Positions 1 through 37,442 of a stretch of DNA of 64,000 nucleotides are shown here, in pieces. Source of the DNA: Paraspadella gotoi (lineage: Eukaryota > Animalia > Chaetognatha). The stretch lies in contig CM119264.1 in the NCBI GenBank assembly GCA_051294375.1, positions 26,249,011 to 26,313,010 on the forward strand. Reading direction: 5' to 3'. Numbering within the stretch: position 1 is the stretch's first letter; each line of letters starts with the position of its first letter. The notes below the pieces were generated by a model. It did no database searches, was not told the origin of the DNA, and saw only the letters and a program-made list of their open reading frames with translations. The position numbers and the translations under genes are program-made.

Positions 1-657
1 TCTCTCTTACTATATAATGAAATAGAAGGAATGCAAGCTTTCAATTAAGAGAAATTTGATATCAACTTAAAAAAAATTCAATATCAAAAAAAGACTTCAG
101 AGAGCCTGTTTTGATCCATGCCATATTGATCCCACTATTAAAAACCGTCAGTATTTTAGCATGGTTTGATGCCAATATAAATTTTTATGAAAAATGTATA
201 AATCATAAAACTTACTTTTGTTGGAAATCTAGGTTGAGCGAAGTTCCCTTTCAAGTGTGACTAAAAACGTGAAAATGAAAGATTGCCAATGCCAAGGATT
301 TTTCAAAACAGGAAAAACATCTTTATACAATTTCAAGCAAGACTGAAAAATTAAAAATTAAAGATTACCAAAGCTAAGGATTTTTTTAATAAGTTTGAGC
401 AAACAATGTTGGATCTGCCCACGATCATTTGCGGCAATTAATTATTTAATTAACTATATAAACTAAAATAATAATTTAATTAATAAATTAATTGATTGAT
501 TGAATAAATAATTAATTAATTCATAAATAAATTTATTATTGAATAATTAATTAATAGATAACTAAATAAATTGCTTGATTGAATAATTGATCCCATTAAT
601 AAATTATTTATTAATTAATTGACTAATTGAATAATTAACTGATTAATTATTAATTAA

Positions 658-1325
658 TACATCTTGCGTCTACATTTAATATAAAAAGAGCATAACCAAT
701 TAGTGAAACAGGTTTTTTGTTTTTTCCATTAAAACTCATTTCCACTCGGACAATTCTATCGAAACTTGATTTCCAGCTTAATCACACACTTACCTACCCA
801 CATACAAAATCTCAAGTCAATAGCCCCGTCTACTCATGAGTAATTGACGTTCAAATAGTGAAATTTATTTTTTTTATTTTTTCCATTTACACTCATTTCC
901 ACTCGCACGATTCCATCAAAACGTCATATCCCGCTCAATCATTCCAATCCATCCATCCAATCACGAGCAATTGGAGTTTTTTGCTGAGGTGAGATGGACA
1001 AACAGACAGACAGATGGATGGACGGAGGGATGGACAGATATCTTTCTTTGCATAATATATCATAATTTGATTTTCTGACATGATATAAGTAAATGCCCAA
1101 CAAGATTGAGGGGGCGGACCGATGGACCAACAAAGTGAATTATAGAGTCGGATCTGCTGATTAATGATCTTAGTTGAAGCCAGTAGACGTGTGATGAGAC
1201 GTCTGAGAATGCTGCTCCGGTTTCTTTGGAAATCGTTGAGTGGAATGAGTTAAAAAAAAAAAAACTGTTTCACTAATTGATTATGCTTCTTTTTCTTTTT
1301 ATATGAAATGTAAATGCAAGATGTA
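658..1325. mobile_element. Non-autonomous foldback/MITE with long imperfect TIRs
   Basis: TACATCTTGC...CATAACCAATTAGTGAAACAG (658-712) is the reverse complement of CTGTTTCACTAATTGATTATG...GCAAGATGTA (about 1264-1325); similarity extends about 110 bp; TA/TTAA on both sides; internal ACTCATTTCCACTC subrepeats. Confidence 0.75.
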
Positions 1326-1404
1326 TTAATTAATTTGAAAAAATCGGCTCGGTTGACTGAACCACTACTTACCTAATACNNNNNNNNNNNNNNNNNNNNN
1401 NNNN

Positions 1405-2028
1405 ATCACGAGCAATTGGAGTTTTTTGCTGAGGTGAGATGGACAAACAGACAGACAGATGGACGGACGGAGGGATGGACAGATATCTNNNNNNNNNNAG
1501 TCAATAGCCCCGTCCACTTTTTTTATTTTTTCCATTTACACTCATTTCCACTCGCACGATTCCATCAAAACGTCATATCCCGCTCAATCATTCCAATCCA
1601 TCCATCCAATCACGAGCAATTGGAGTTTTTTGCTGAGGTGAGATGGACGAACAGACAGACAGACGGACGGACGGACGGATGGACAGATATCTTTCTTTGC
1701 ATAATATATCATAATTTGATTTTCTGACATGATATAAGTGAATGCCCAACAAGATTGAGGGGGCGGACCGATGGACCAACAAAGTGAATTATAGAGTCGG
1801 ATCTGCTGATTAATGATCTTAGTTGAAGCCAGTAGACGTGTGATGAGACGTCTGAGAATGCTGCTCCGGTTTCTTTGGAAATCGTTTGAGTGGAAATGAG
1901 TTAAAAAAAAAACCTGTTTCACTAATTGATTATGCTTCTTTTTCTTTTTATATGAAATGTAAATGCAAGATGTATTAATTAATTTGAAAAAATCGGCTCG
2001 GTTGACTGAACCACTACTTACCTAATAC
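1405..2028 (+). repeat. Near-identical re-copy of about 817-1379 across N gaps (probable assembly/haplotype duplication)
   Basis: Duplicates both the element interior and its unique right flank; bounded by N runs at 1380-1404 and 1489-1498. Confidence 0.8.
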
Positions 2029-2502
2029 TTAGTACAGTAGTTCAAATATTTTTTGGCAATTTCATTTAATCTCTGGTTATCGACGTAATTGCAATGTTAA
2101 AATTTCAATGACCGTGAAATTAGAGAAGAAGTATAATATAATATACAATATAATAGTATAATATGTCGATCTATATTCTATGAATTTTCTGTAGGCAGTG
2201 TTTTTCAGGTCAGTGTGTTGTGCTTCATCGTGCGATGTCCATCTTGTCTTTTCAATCTTCTCAGCTTTTTTCGTCACTGCCTCGCTTTTCTCAATGTCGC
2301 TCCTCCTATTTGCCTCGAAACAACAACCGATCAATTTCCCAATTGCCCCCTCTCCCTCTTCACCAACTCAGTCAATTGCATATTCGACGCGCGTTGCCAA
2401 CCCTTGTCCCCGTATCGTCCCAAAGCTGTCCCGTCATTTGTCGACTGGAGGATTCCGCTCGTCCCATTAACCATTCCATCCTTCTCTCTCTCCACCTATT
2501 CA

Positions 2503-2537
<35 letters not shown>

Positions 2538-3174
2538 CCTCACTCCAGCAACCGTATTTCTGAAATCTAGAGTCCAATATTCATTCCAGATCTAGACTAT
2601 CGTCAATGGAGATTGTCACTTTCACCTTTTCCCCTCTCCCTCAAACTTTCTGCTACCTTATTTAGGAAAGGCAGTCTCGAAATTGAGAAATCATTTCTCA
2701 ATTACTGTCCTTCTATAACCGTAACTGATGTAAATCCAGTAGTACTCACGTATATTGTTTTCTTATTCACCTTTTCCTTTTCACCAATTCTCCTTTTTTC
2801 CTAACCAATTTCTATCCATTTCTATTCTGTCATTCCCCTTCCCCCCCCTGTCCCCCTCTCTTCCCCCCCCTGTCCCCCTCTCTTCCCCCCTTCTCCATCT
2901 CCCCCTTTTCCCTCCTCTCGCCTCCCACGTACTATCAAAACATAATGGGCAGTTACTCCTAATGGCGGCTCACATTTTTCCCAGTCGGCGGAGGTCACGT
3001 GGGTTGTCTAGAAAAAAGTGCGAAGGGGGGGAATTTTGACGGGGAAAAGACTGAGGAAAGAGGTCAAGGGGGTACTTTGGAATCGCGAGGGGGGGAGGGG
3101 GTTTAACGGGTGGGTTGTGGGGGTATGGGGAGGAGGTGGTCGAGGGGGTTTGGCGGGGAGGAAAGTTGGAGGGG

Positions 3175-26908
<23,734 letters not shown>

Positions 26909-27664
26909 CGTCGTCGTCGTCGTCGCTATCGGCGTAGATCCCGTGAGAAAAGTCGCTTTATTTATTTTTATTTATCGACGGAATTTCATTTTCCGTTATT
27001 TTTTATTTTTTATTTTTTTTTAAAACTTTTCCCCCGCCCGTTTTTGACGAAAAAAAAAGCAGATTTTCGCGATCCAATTTTAAAAGACTAAAAAAAAAAA
27101 TACGAAAGAAAAATGTGAGGAAATTCGTCGGAAAGTGAAATCCAATTCTGAGAGTGAATGAGGGAATGAAAAAATCTCCAGTTGAAAGAAAAAAAATATC
27201 CAGGAATAGAAAAAAATTAGATATGAAAATGAGAGCGAGAAAAATGTCGCTGATTCCAAAATGTTTTTTTTATTTCCCGTTTTGGGTTGTTTTTTGTTTG
27301 AGAAAGTTTTGTTGTGTTTTCTTTGTTTTATTTTCGGTGAAATCCTAGAGGGAAGACAAAAAATATATTTGTTTTTCTATTTTTTGAGAAAAAAAAATCT
27401 GATAAAATCGATGGAATAAAATAAAGGAAAACAAATTGCTTCAGGGAAATAACAGGGAAAAAAAAGAAAAAAATTTTCCTCACGAAACTTTTTTTTAGTC
27501 TAATTTATTTTTATGACAAAAAAGCAGAGAAAAGCTAAAAATAAAAGCGTATATATAAAAAAGGTAAGGAATTTATATTTCTTGGCAGCCCAAAAAAAAA
27601 GCTTTAAAAAAGCAGGAAGGAAGCAGACGAAAAAAAAAGCAAAAACGTCGTGGAGGTGAATTTC

Positions 27665-27760
27665 TCGTTAACTTCCGGTTATCGCGCGCGAGAGACGCGG
27701 AGGCGCGCGACGCGTTCCCGCGAGGAGACGCGTGACGCCGCGCCCACCGGAAATGGGGAA
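27665..27760. promoter_or_regulatory. CpG-dense putative promoter of the Ig gene
   Basis: About 760-850 bp upstream of the ATG; very high CpG density flanked by ETS-type sites ACTTCCGG and CCGGAAAT. Confidence 0.45.
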
Positions 27761-27770
27761 AAAAAGACGG

Positions 27771-27840
<70 letters not shown>

Positions 27841-29724
27841 GGAGGATCGGAGCCGAGGAAAACGATTTCGTGAGAGGGCGGTTAGGGTGTAAGGAGAGAC
27901 GTCGTAGTAGAGTTGGGTGACTTTTGTGGCACCGTGATAGCTGGCCGAAGGAATTAAACGCAGGAAGGAAATGAATTTTTTTAATTACACATTTGGTTTC
28001 GCGGATTCTGTTTTCGCGATTGATGCTGATCGGCGAAACTGTAGTTGAGTTCAGACAAACAGTAGATTTTTGGCGATGAAAAGATCGGGATGCAAGACAT
28101 TTGGCAGCCAAGGTATGTAAAAAAATTAGGGAAATGGTTGCGTAGCAACAAGTTGAATAAATCGGAGAAGATGAATGCATGATTACATGATTTTACAGAA
28201 GCCATTTTTAGCTATGGGTTTTTGAAGCATTTAGTTGAACCATGAAAATTCGGAAATATTTGTTATCCAGAAGTTGAGTGAGCGAGGAAAGTTTTAATTT
28301 CTCGACAGGTAAGAACCTGAACAACAACCACATCCACTTGGTCACTTGCAGAATAACGGAACAGTGAAAATTCGACAGTAGATTTGGCGTTGAGCTCAAA
28401 CGAATTCCTAACCCGTGCACGGGTTTCGTGCGAGGATCCAGAGACGATCAGAGAAAGGGGGAAATGAGCGAAATTATTTTGTTTGGTCGGTCGGTCCGAT
28501 TGAGTTTCGTCGTTCGGAGTCTAAAATGATTTTGATTCGTCGACGGAAGCGAAGTCTTGAAAAGGAGATGGAGAAATGAAGACGGCGCGAAATTGAGAAA
28601 AGTGAAAGACTTCTTTATAAAAACCAACAATTGATGCCTATTGATGGGGTTCGTAACGGCGACTGAAAAAAACGATTGGCAGAAAAAGAAAAAGAAAAGC
28701 GCAATAATAAATAGCATCTAGAAAACGTGGGTGGGAAAGGTAAGGAAATGATATGAAAGTGGCAGCAAGAAGAGGAAATCGCTGAAAGTATGAATAAGAG
28801 ACTGAAAGAAAAATAGAAGCGGAAATAGAAAGTAAAAAGCAAAAAGCGGAAGAAAGTCGAAAGAGTGAATTTAACATCGAATTTAAATGCTTAAAAATAG
28901 ATTTTTAAAATATTATAAACATAATACATGGAAAAGATTTTGATATATTGAAAAGCTTTTTTCGAACACCGCATTAACTGTAGAGTTTGATGTATGTATG
29001 CAGGGGTGAAGCGAAAAACATCCGACCGAAGGCGTTTCACGGAAAGCCACACGTAAAAATAATGGATGTAAAAAAATGTTCATCGAAATGTAAAGGCACC
29101 TGTAAAAAGTTACAGAATAACCCTTCACAGAAAAGGTAAGTAAAATTCACGGGAAATTTACGAAAAAAGAAATTCTCGCTCGAATAGAAAAGCGCGTGAG
29201 AAAAGAAGAAAAGGAAACAAAAGAAATGGGCTCGAGTGAAGGTGCGTGACGAAATGGCAAAGGCAAACAAAAGGGACGTAGGGAGGACGAATCCCGCGAG
29301 ATGGAGATGAGATGCAAAGCCAGGGATCGTTTCTCATACGATCCTCTCCTTTTTTTTTTTTTGCTTTAAGATTTTTACGGACGAGGTTACAAAACGGACT
29401 GATAAACCTTAAAATAGAATTTGATAATACTGTCAATCTTATTACGTAATATAAGAGAGAGTTTGGAATGTTACTTTTCCTTTTCTATCTAAATTACTTT
29501 TCTTTTTTATTTCCTAAAAAAGAGTTACATCCTTGGAATAGGAAGGGAATTAATAGAACGACGTCTTTGTGCAAGGACAACCGGTTTGTCTTGGATGTCG
29601 ATAGGGTTCGCAGATCGCAAATTGGATGAGATTAGAAAAAAAAAAGAAAGGGAGGAAATTTAGGATGAAATAAAAAAAAAGAAAGGGCGAAATGCTATGT
29701 AGGAAAATTAAAGGAGAAGGAAAT

Positions 29725-29725
<1 letters not shown>

Positions 29726-29808
<83 letters not shown>
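29726..29808. repeat. (GAAA)n microsatellite
   Basis: About 20 units. Confidence 0.95.
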
Positions 29809-30629
29809 AAAAAAAAAGAAAAAAGGAAAGGAAGGAATTAAGGAAAGAAATGAAAAAAAAGAAACAAATGAAATGAAAAAGTGGAAAGAGAGAAAAAAAA
29901 TAAGTCGGTCGCCAACAAAGACTGAGAACAAGAGATGTGAGCGGAATAGTCAAAGCGAATCGACACAAACAGGAAAATATTACAAAATCTGAGCCAAAAA
30001 AGAAAAGAAAGAAGAAAAAAAGAAGAAAAGAATCGACCCCTTCGGGTCAGAGACGAAAAGAAAGAAATAGACGCGAGATTTCCGAGAAATGAGGTCAAAT
30101 AATTTCGACGGGAGACGCCGACCGAGCGTGTGTCGGATGTCTGGCGAGCCGAGAGTGGCGCGCACGACGCGTCTGGCGCGCAGGATTGGCGCACATCGTT
30201 GGCGCGCACGATTGCTGCGTGATAACGAGAACCGAAGGTACGAGTACGAATATACGGACAAGAAAATGGACACGGACAATATGTTGTAAAGGGAGTAGGT
30301 CGAAAGTTAGAATGAGGGAAGAGAAAAAAGGACTAAAAGGGAAAAAAAAGGAAAAAGGAAAGAATGAAAGTAAAAAATTTTTAAAAAAATGAAAGAAAAA
30401 AAGGATAAAGAAAAATGAAAGAAAAAAAGGAAAAAAGAAAGAAGGAAAAAAAAAGGAAAAAAGAAAGAATGAAAGGCAGAAATAGGAAAGGAAACAACAT
30501 AAAGTGACAACATAGCTTGACAACCTAATTAGATTTTTTTAAAAGGGGTTTTGGAAATAAACTCGAGTCAAGTGAAATGAAGCCTTTTTTTTCCTAAAGA
30601 AGTAAAAATTTGCCAAAGAAAATATTAGG

Positions 30630-30690
<61 letters not shown>

Positions 30691-31703
30691 AAGCAAGCAA
30701 GCATCTCTTCGTTCTTCCCATTTAAGACAGAGAGACAGAGAATGTTATCCCACTTTTCCCTCGCCACTAAATTTCCCCTCATCTCTGCAATTCCTCCCGA
30801 AACTCACCACCTCAACCTAGTTTCCCAAAATCCCCACTCTTTCCAAACCCCTGGCGGCCAAAGAAAAAACTACTACGGCGATGCGCCGATGACTTATGAT
30901 AATCCTTGTTTCGCTTCGATGACCGCGAGGGGAAAGAATGGCGCTGCGGAGACTCGACGCTGCAGCCTCGCTGCGTCCGGGAGCGGAATATCAAGGACTG
31001 CAGCGGAGCAACAAAACGCCGCAGCGGAATAAAAATTTCATTTCCTCGCTTCACCCTTTTGGAAATCGTCTCATTAAGTGAAATTTCACTATCTGTATCA
31101 AATTGTAATAAAAACCCTCTGTTATTTCCGTCCCAATAATATTTCCTTTTTTCAGTTCCTAAAATCCAATCGAATGTCCTCTTTAGCAACCTCTTTGTCG
31201 AAAATCGCTTCAACGTCTTGCCGCAAATCGCTCCAACTCTCCGCAAATTGCTCCGGCGACTCGCACTTGCTTCAAAACTTGAAATCCCAAGGGAGAAATG
31301 CGCCTCACGAATAGGCAAACCCTGGTGGAGTTAAGTAGCTTGTCATCGAGGCTTGACGGCTTCTAAACGACGTCGACGACGACGACGACAATGACGACTA
31401 CGATAAGATGTAGTTTTGAAAACTACTCATTTTTTTGACAACCATCTCGAGATGAAAAAGAGGAAAAGATAATCCTGAAGAATGATAAGAGAAATCTTAA
31501 ATTAAATGCAAAACAAGCATATTATCACAATACCTTTATTCACTCTCTGTAGCTGTAGAACGACGATTCGTTAAAGCTAAAAATCGCAAATATTTTTTGG
31601 CAATATTTTTTTTCCGATCGCAAGAAAATCGAATTTCCATAACAGACGATATCTCTCCCACACGGAGCTCTTAAAAAGTCTCTCTTTCTCTCTCTCTCTC
31701 TCT

Positions 31704-31740
<37 letters not shown>

Positions 31741-33124
31741 TCTCCTCTCTCTCGTCTTTCTCTCTCCTCTCTCTCTCTCTGCTCTATACTCTTCTCTTTC
31801 ACTCATCGCTCGTAACTCCAATTTTTCTGGGATTCAGATCTAAAATCTTCATTCTTTCCTTACCGTCTATTTTTTTCTCTTATCTTTCTTCTCTTTTTTT
31901 TTCTTATTCCATTCTTTTTCTCTCTCAATTTTTCTATTTCTTTTATTGTCTTCCTTCCTTTTCTCCCTTAAATTATATTTTTATTCTACCTCTACCCTTC
32001 TAGCTCTCAATTTATCAATTTTCTCTTTGTCTTTCTGTCTCCCTTTTGATTTCTTTCCATTCCTTTTGTTAACAACTTTCCTTTCTTTCTTTCCCTTCAA
32101 CTCTCTACCCGACATCTCTGTCTCAAGTCTCTCATTCTCTCAGTCTGTCTGTCTATCTCTCCATCTTTCGTCGCGCCCAATCTCCCTTTGCTTCTTCTCC
32201 AGCTCCCACACCCACCCCAACCTCTTTCCTTTCCTTCCTCGACTTGTCTCCAAATTTCTTTTTTTCAAAATGGCGTCAAAGGTGGCGTTGGAAATGACGT
32301 TGACAATGGCGACGGAAATGGCGTCGCTGATGGAAAAGGAGACGACACAAGATATATACCTTGTGCCATTTTCGTTTCGTTGATGGAACCACATGTTGTT
32401 GACGTTGCGACTGAAGATGATAACTATGTTGGCATCCCGGATAGAGTAGAAGTGAGCAGCACAGGTGATTCTAAAGTATGTGCGGCAGAAGGCGACAAGT
32501 TGGCTCCCCAGATGATGTCAAAGCTGGCAACTCGGGATATGGAGCCGTAGATGAAAAACTTGATGGAGCTTGAGAGGGAAAAAGGGATGGAACCAGAGAT
32601 GACCACGCAATGGAGCTTGAGATGGCAAAAGAGATGGCACCAGAGATGATGACGTCTGGAAGGAGAAATAAACGACCTCAATTTTTTTTTCTTTGGAAAG
32701 AAGAGACAAAACGACAAACAATAAAGTCTAGTGGGAGGGAGAAGTAAGGAAAGAAAGCAAATAGGAAACGCCGGAAAGAAGATGACGCCGGGGTGCGCCA
32801 CTGTAAGACAAACATCATTGTACGAAAAGAGAAAGTTATTGCATAATTTTATGTTAAAATTCATTCATTATTATTTTTTCTTTTCGGTCCCATGTGATTT
32901 TTAAAGACAAATTCCTCGATTTTAAAAAAGGGAAAAAGGGGGAGAAAAAAGTTTTCAAGTTGTCCTCTTCTGCCACAACGACAACGACAACGGCAACAAC
33001 AACGACAGCTTCGAGAACGAGAGGAGCCTCCTCTAGTATCCTCTTTCTTTCACGGTTCTTTTGTGTCCGTCGCTCTCTCGACCATTCTCTCTCTCTCCCC
33101 TTTCTTCTTTTCTTCTTTTCTTCT

Positions 33125-33223
<99 letters not shown>

Positions 33224-33863
33224 TCTCACTCCCCTCTCCCTTTTCTCCGCTCTCCTTTCTTTCTATATCATAGTCGTTAACTTAAAGCACATATTAAATT
33301 AAGCGCATATTTTACGCACTCTCTTTTTATCTAACAATATCACAGGTTGATTTAGTTTGCAAGATTGAAAAGAGAACCTTTAGGTGTTTTTAAATATTCA
33401 CATTTAAGACAAGGAGTAACATTAATAGAAAAAAATATATTTAGTATAAGAATTAAAAATCATGAAGCAGAACTTACTAATCAATAAATATTTATTGACA
33501 CACTACATCCGCTCCCTAATCATCATGTTCCGTTTTGTCATCTCACCTAGCAGATTCTCATTTCATCTATTGTAGTTTTTGTTGAGTTAAGCTGCCACAC
33601 CGCGCCTAGTCTCGTTCTCTCGCTCCTCCTCTCTGTCTCTGTTCCACCCCGCATCGTCTCTCTCTCTATCTTTCTCTCTTTCAGCCGCTTCCGTCTCTAT
33701 CACCCTCTCCCTAAAACGCGGCTAAAGTCGAATTTCGGAATTGAGTTACTACGAAAAACCACCGTAGAATCTCAAAACTTTCTCTCTCTCTCGTCTCTCT
33801 CTTATTCTTCTCGCTTCTCTCTCTTCTCTCTTTCTTCTCTTTCTCTCTCTCGTTCTTCTCTCT

Positions 33864-33914
<51 letters not shown>

Positions 33915-34001
33915 GTCTCTCTCTGCGCTTTTCCTTGAAACTCTGTAATGGATGGGGTGCGATTAACGACGTGGGCATCGGAGCTAAGAGCGTGGGGTAG
34001 C

Positions 34002-34087
<86 letters not shown>

Positions 34088-34407
34088 GAGAGCAGGCATC
34101 AGAGAGCATAAAGTGGGTGCGACCCTTTCCAAGCCCGAAGCAGTTGGAATTTTTTTTACACAGAACGCGAGGGAAACGCACGCCCGCGCACGTACATACG
34201 GAGCTCGCACTCACGCACACCAAGCAGAAGAAAAAAAACAATATGGCGACGACCGAGAGGGCGGCTTCGCTCGCGGCTCCTCTACCGGCGAGAGAACAAA
34301 CGACTCTCGTTTTTTAATGATAAAAATAAGACCCGAGTCTCCACGGGTTCGAGTCCTCACCTTTGTCCCCCGACGCCGATTCAGGACGGCGCCGGAAAAG
34401 TTTGAAC

Positions 34408-34508
34408 GATGATAATGATGATGATGATGATGATGATGATGATNNNNNNNNNNATTGGTGATAATGATGATGATGATGGTAATGATGATGATGCTGATGA
34501 TAATGATA

Positions 34509-34572
<64 letters not shown>
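34408..34572. repeat. (GAT)n microsatellite with internal N gap
   Basis: Direct inspection. Confidence 0.9.
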
Positions 34573-34647
34573 CGATTTAACCTTAACTTTAATAAAAGAA
34601 AACCAATCTTTTATTATGAAAATTAAGCTTTAAACAGCGACGACCAT

Positions 34648-34695
34648 CAACATGGAAACTCTCAACATGGAAACTCTCAACACGGAAACTCTCAC
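34648..34695. repeat. 15-bp tandem repeat (CAACATGGAAACTCT) x3
   Basis: Direct inspection. Confidence 0.85.
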
Positions 34696-36191
34696 GCACT
34701 GTAATTCAAAAAGTTACTCGCTAAAAAACCTTCTGACCAGCATGGCGAAAATTGCGTCATGCCCTAAAGTCGGTTAACCTAAGGAAAGGATCTAACAATA
34801 ATTTGATTTTAACATCCATCTTGTAATAAGACGCGATAAAAGGCTCAATAAAACCTCAAATAGTATGCACATAAAGATGGCAAAAGCTTTTGAAGAAAGC
34901 TTCCCTACAGCATTTCTAAATGCCGACCCAAGATGGCGAGAGATTGAAAGAGAGGGCTCGAATAACAACAACGGCTTTAAGGCGGCACCCACCGTCGGCG
35001 CTAACGCGTTAAAGGGCGGCACCTTCTCCCTTTTTTTTAATCGCTCTCTCTCCTCGTAAAAAACTCGGCTTCGTCTTCGAGTTGAGATAATTACTAAACT
35101 TTTACTAGCAGAAGAGGAGGAGGAGGAGGAGGAGGAGGAGGAGGAGGTGCTATTTCCTCCCCCTCGGTCTCTGTCCAGTGGGCGCAGTGGGTGCCGATTC
35201 ATGTATGAATGAGAGGCCATTCAGATGGGCATTTTTTTGCGCGCGGGCTCGGTGTGTTTAAGAGGGAGGAGGGAGGGGAGAAGAGAGAGAAGAGAGAGGA
35301 GAGAGAAAAGAGAGAGGCAGAGAGAGAGAGAGAAGAGAGAGAGAAAAGAGAGAGAGAGAGAGAGAGAAGAGGTGACGAGGGAGAGAGAGAAGAGGATACT
35401 AAGAAAAGAAACTGCAATTTTATATAAATCCATTAATACGNNNNNNNNNNNNNNNNNNNNNNNNNNNNNNNNNNNNNNNNNNNNNNNNNNNNNNNNNNNN
35501 NNNNNNNGAGAGAGAGAGAGAGAGAGAGAGAGATTTTAGTAATCTAAAAAAGCAGAGTAAATTTTTTTTCGTTGCTAATTAAGGTCGCGTAATGGAATTT
35601 AATTCAATTTGCGAGACTAAAACCTGTTTGACTGAGATTCAGAGAGAATTCGATTCAGGGAACTTTATTCAGATTTTGTCCTGAGGCGGAGCGTAATTTT
35701 GTAATTTTCTCATGATATTGTGTCATTCAGGCAGATTGATATAATAATAATTAATATAATCTTAATGGCAAACCCGCAAAGAATTTAAATTATTATATTT
35801 TGATACTGAGATTTTGCAATTCTTGACTTACAGAATGCATGAATCTTTTTTTCTCAAACCTCAGTATCGACTTCGTTCCCAATGCTGCAAAATTGCGAAT
35901 GCCCCTTTTACCCCATATTGCAAGTGGGCGGCCGGACCTTGAACGCTCACATAAAAATAATGCGCGAAGGAAAAAAGAGAGAAAGAGAAAGAATCGCGGT
36001 TAAGTTTGCGATTCGTCGAAATTGCGAAACAATAATCATAATTGCAATTGATGGTAAGTTACTTACGTTAAAATTAACAAGAAGCGGAAACATTTGAAAA
36101 GAGCAACAACAACATAATGAACTGAAAACAGATCAACTCGCAAAATAACAGAAAGAAAGAAGAAATTTTAAAAAATGGAAATCTTTTTTAA

Positions 36192-37073
36192 GGGGACCCA
36201 GTGATAAAAAATGCTATCATAAGCTTAAGGGTCTATCATCAAAGGAATTTGAATGGTGATAGTCATTAATTTTTCTTTGCACGGAAAGTGGCAAAAAATT
36301 CCTATCTCTTATTGTAGCGGAAACAAAAATTAATAATTATGAAAAAAAAAATTTAGTTGACCCTACCTAAGTATTTATTATAATCCATTATTTTATTTTG
36401 CATTAAAAAGTATTTTTTACTAAATTTCCAATTTTTATTTTTTACTGTACAAAGCGCTATAATTTTAGGTTTAAGCCTCATTGAACAAAGGCTTTACAAG
36501 ACTAATATTTTTTTTATTTTTATATTTACTTAAAAGCAGACAAATCAAACCTAAATTCTATTCTTACAGAAACAAAACTGTATAATTATTAATTAATATT
36601 TCATATTCATCCCTTAAATGTATATTTAAACTATATGATTCCTAATTATAATAATTAAAATTTAGCAAAAGTACAGAATCCTTTCTCTTCTTTTATATTA
36701 TTATATTACTTCAAAGAGTTTTTATTTCATCCATATTACAGAATCATTTGAAAAGAAAGTTTAATTAAAATCAGTCGATACCTTAAATTTTGATTCATTC
36801 CTAGTTTTTTTTCTTAATAAATTTTTTTGATAAAGCTGAAAATCTTTTTTAAAATTAGATCTTACCCTTTTTTGGAAAAAAAATTTTAAACTTGAAAGAA
36901 GTTTTCTTCTTATCGATTTTTTAAAGAAATTTAAGCTCGCTGATTTTATCGATTTTTTAACTACTTTCCCAAATGATTATAGAAGAAAAAATTATATTGA
37001 TCAGAACCAGCTTAAGTTAAAGGGTCAAACGTTATGTTTTCAGCTTTTTACCCCCCCTGTTCACTTGGTCCCC
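36192..37073. mobile_element. 882-bp non-autonomous DNA transposon (MITE), Kolobok-type termini
   Basis: TTAA|GGGGACCCAGTGA ... TCACTTGGTCCCC|TTAA: 12/13 TIR match, TTAA target-site duplication, AT-rich non-coding interior. Confidence 0.8.
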
Positions 37074-37360
37074 TTAAGAGGAATTTATTTCCCTGACAGA
37101 AACGCGCTACTACGTCATCGACGCGAGAAGAAAAGAATTTCATTTTTTTTCTTTCATTTTTCGCAATTCGAAGTGAGGTTTTTTAAAGCAGCGCTCACTC
37201 GAAGCGGAAGCGAAGGTAAGTCATCAGCTGCAAATGGGTCCAATCAGTCGTCGAGTTAAAAAATCCTCGACAAGAAACACAATAAAAGGGGGAGAAACTG
37301 TAACGCGTAAAGTAGAATCCATTTGAGCCAAACACTGGGGAAAAAAGGAGTAGAAAATCG

Positions 37361-37442
<82 letters not shown>

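Noticed and set aside
2077-2595. Overlapping ORFs and a possible + strand terminal exon at about 2209
   Set aside because: No recognisable protein and no upstream partner exon; may be 3' UTR of the Ig gene.
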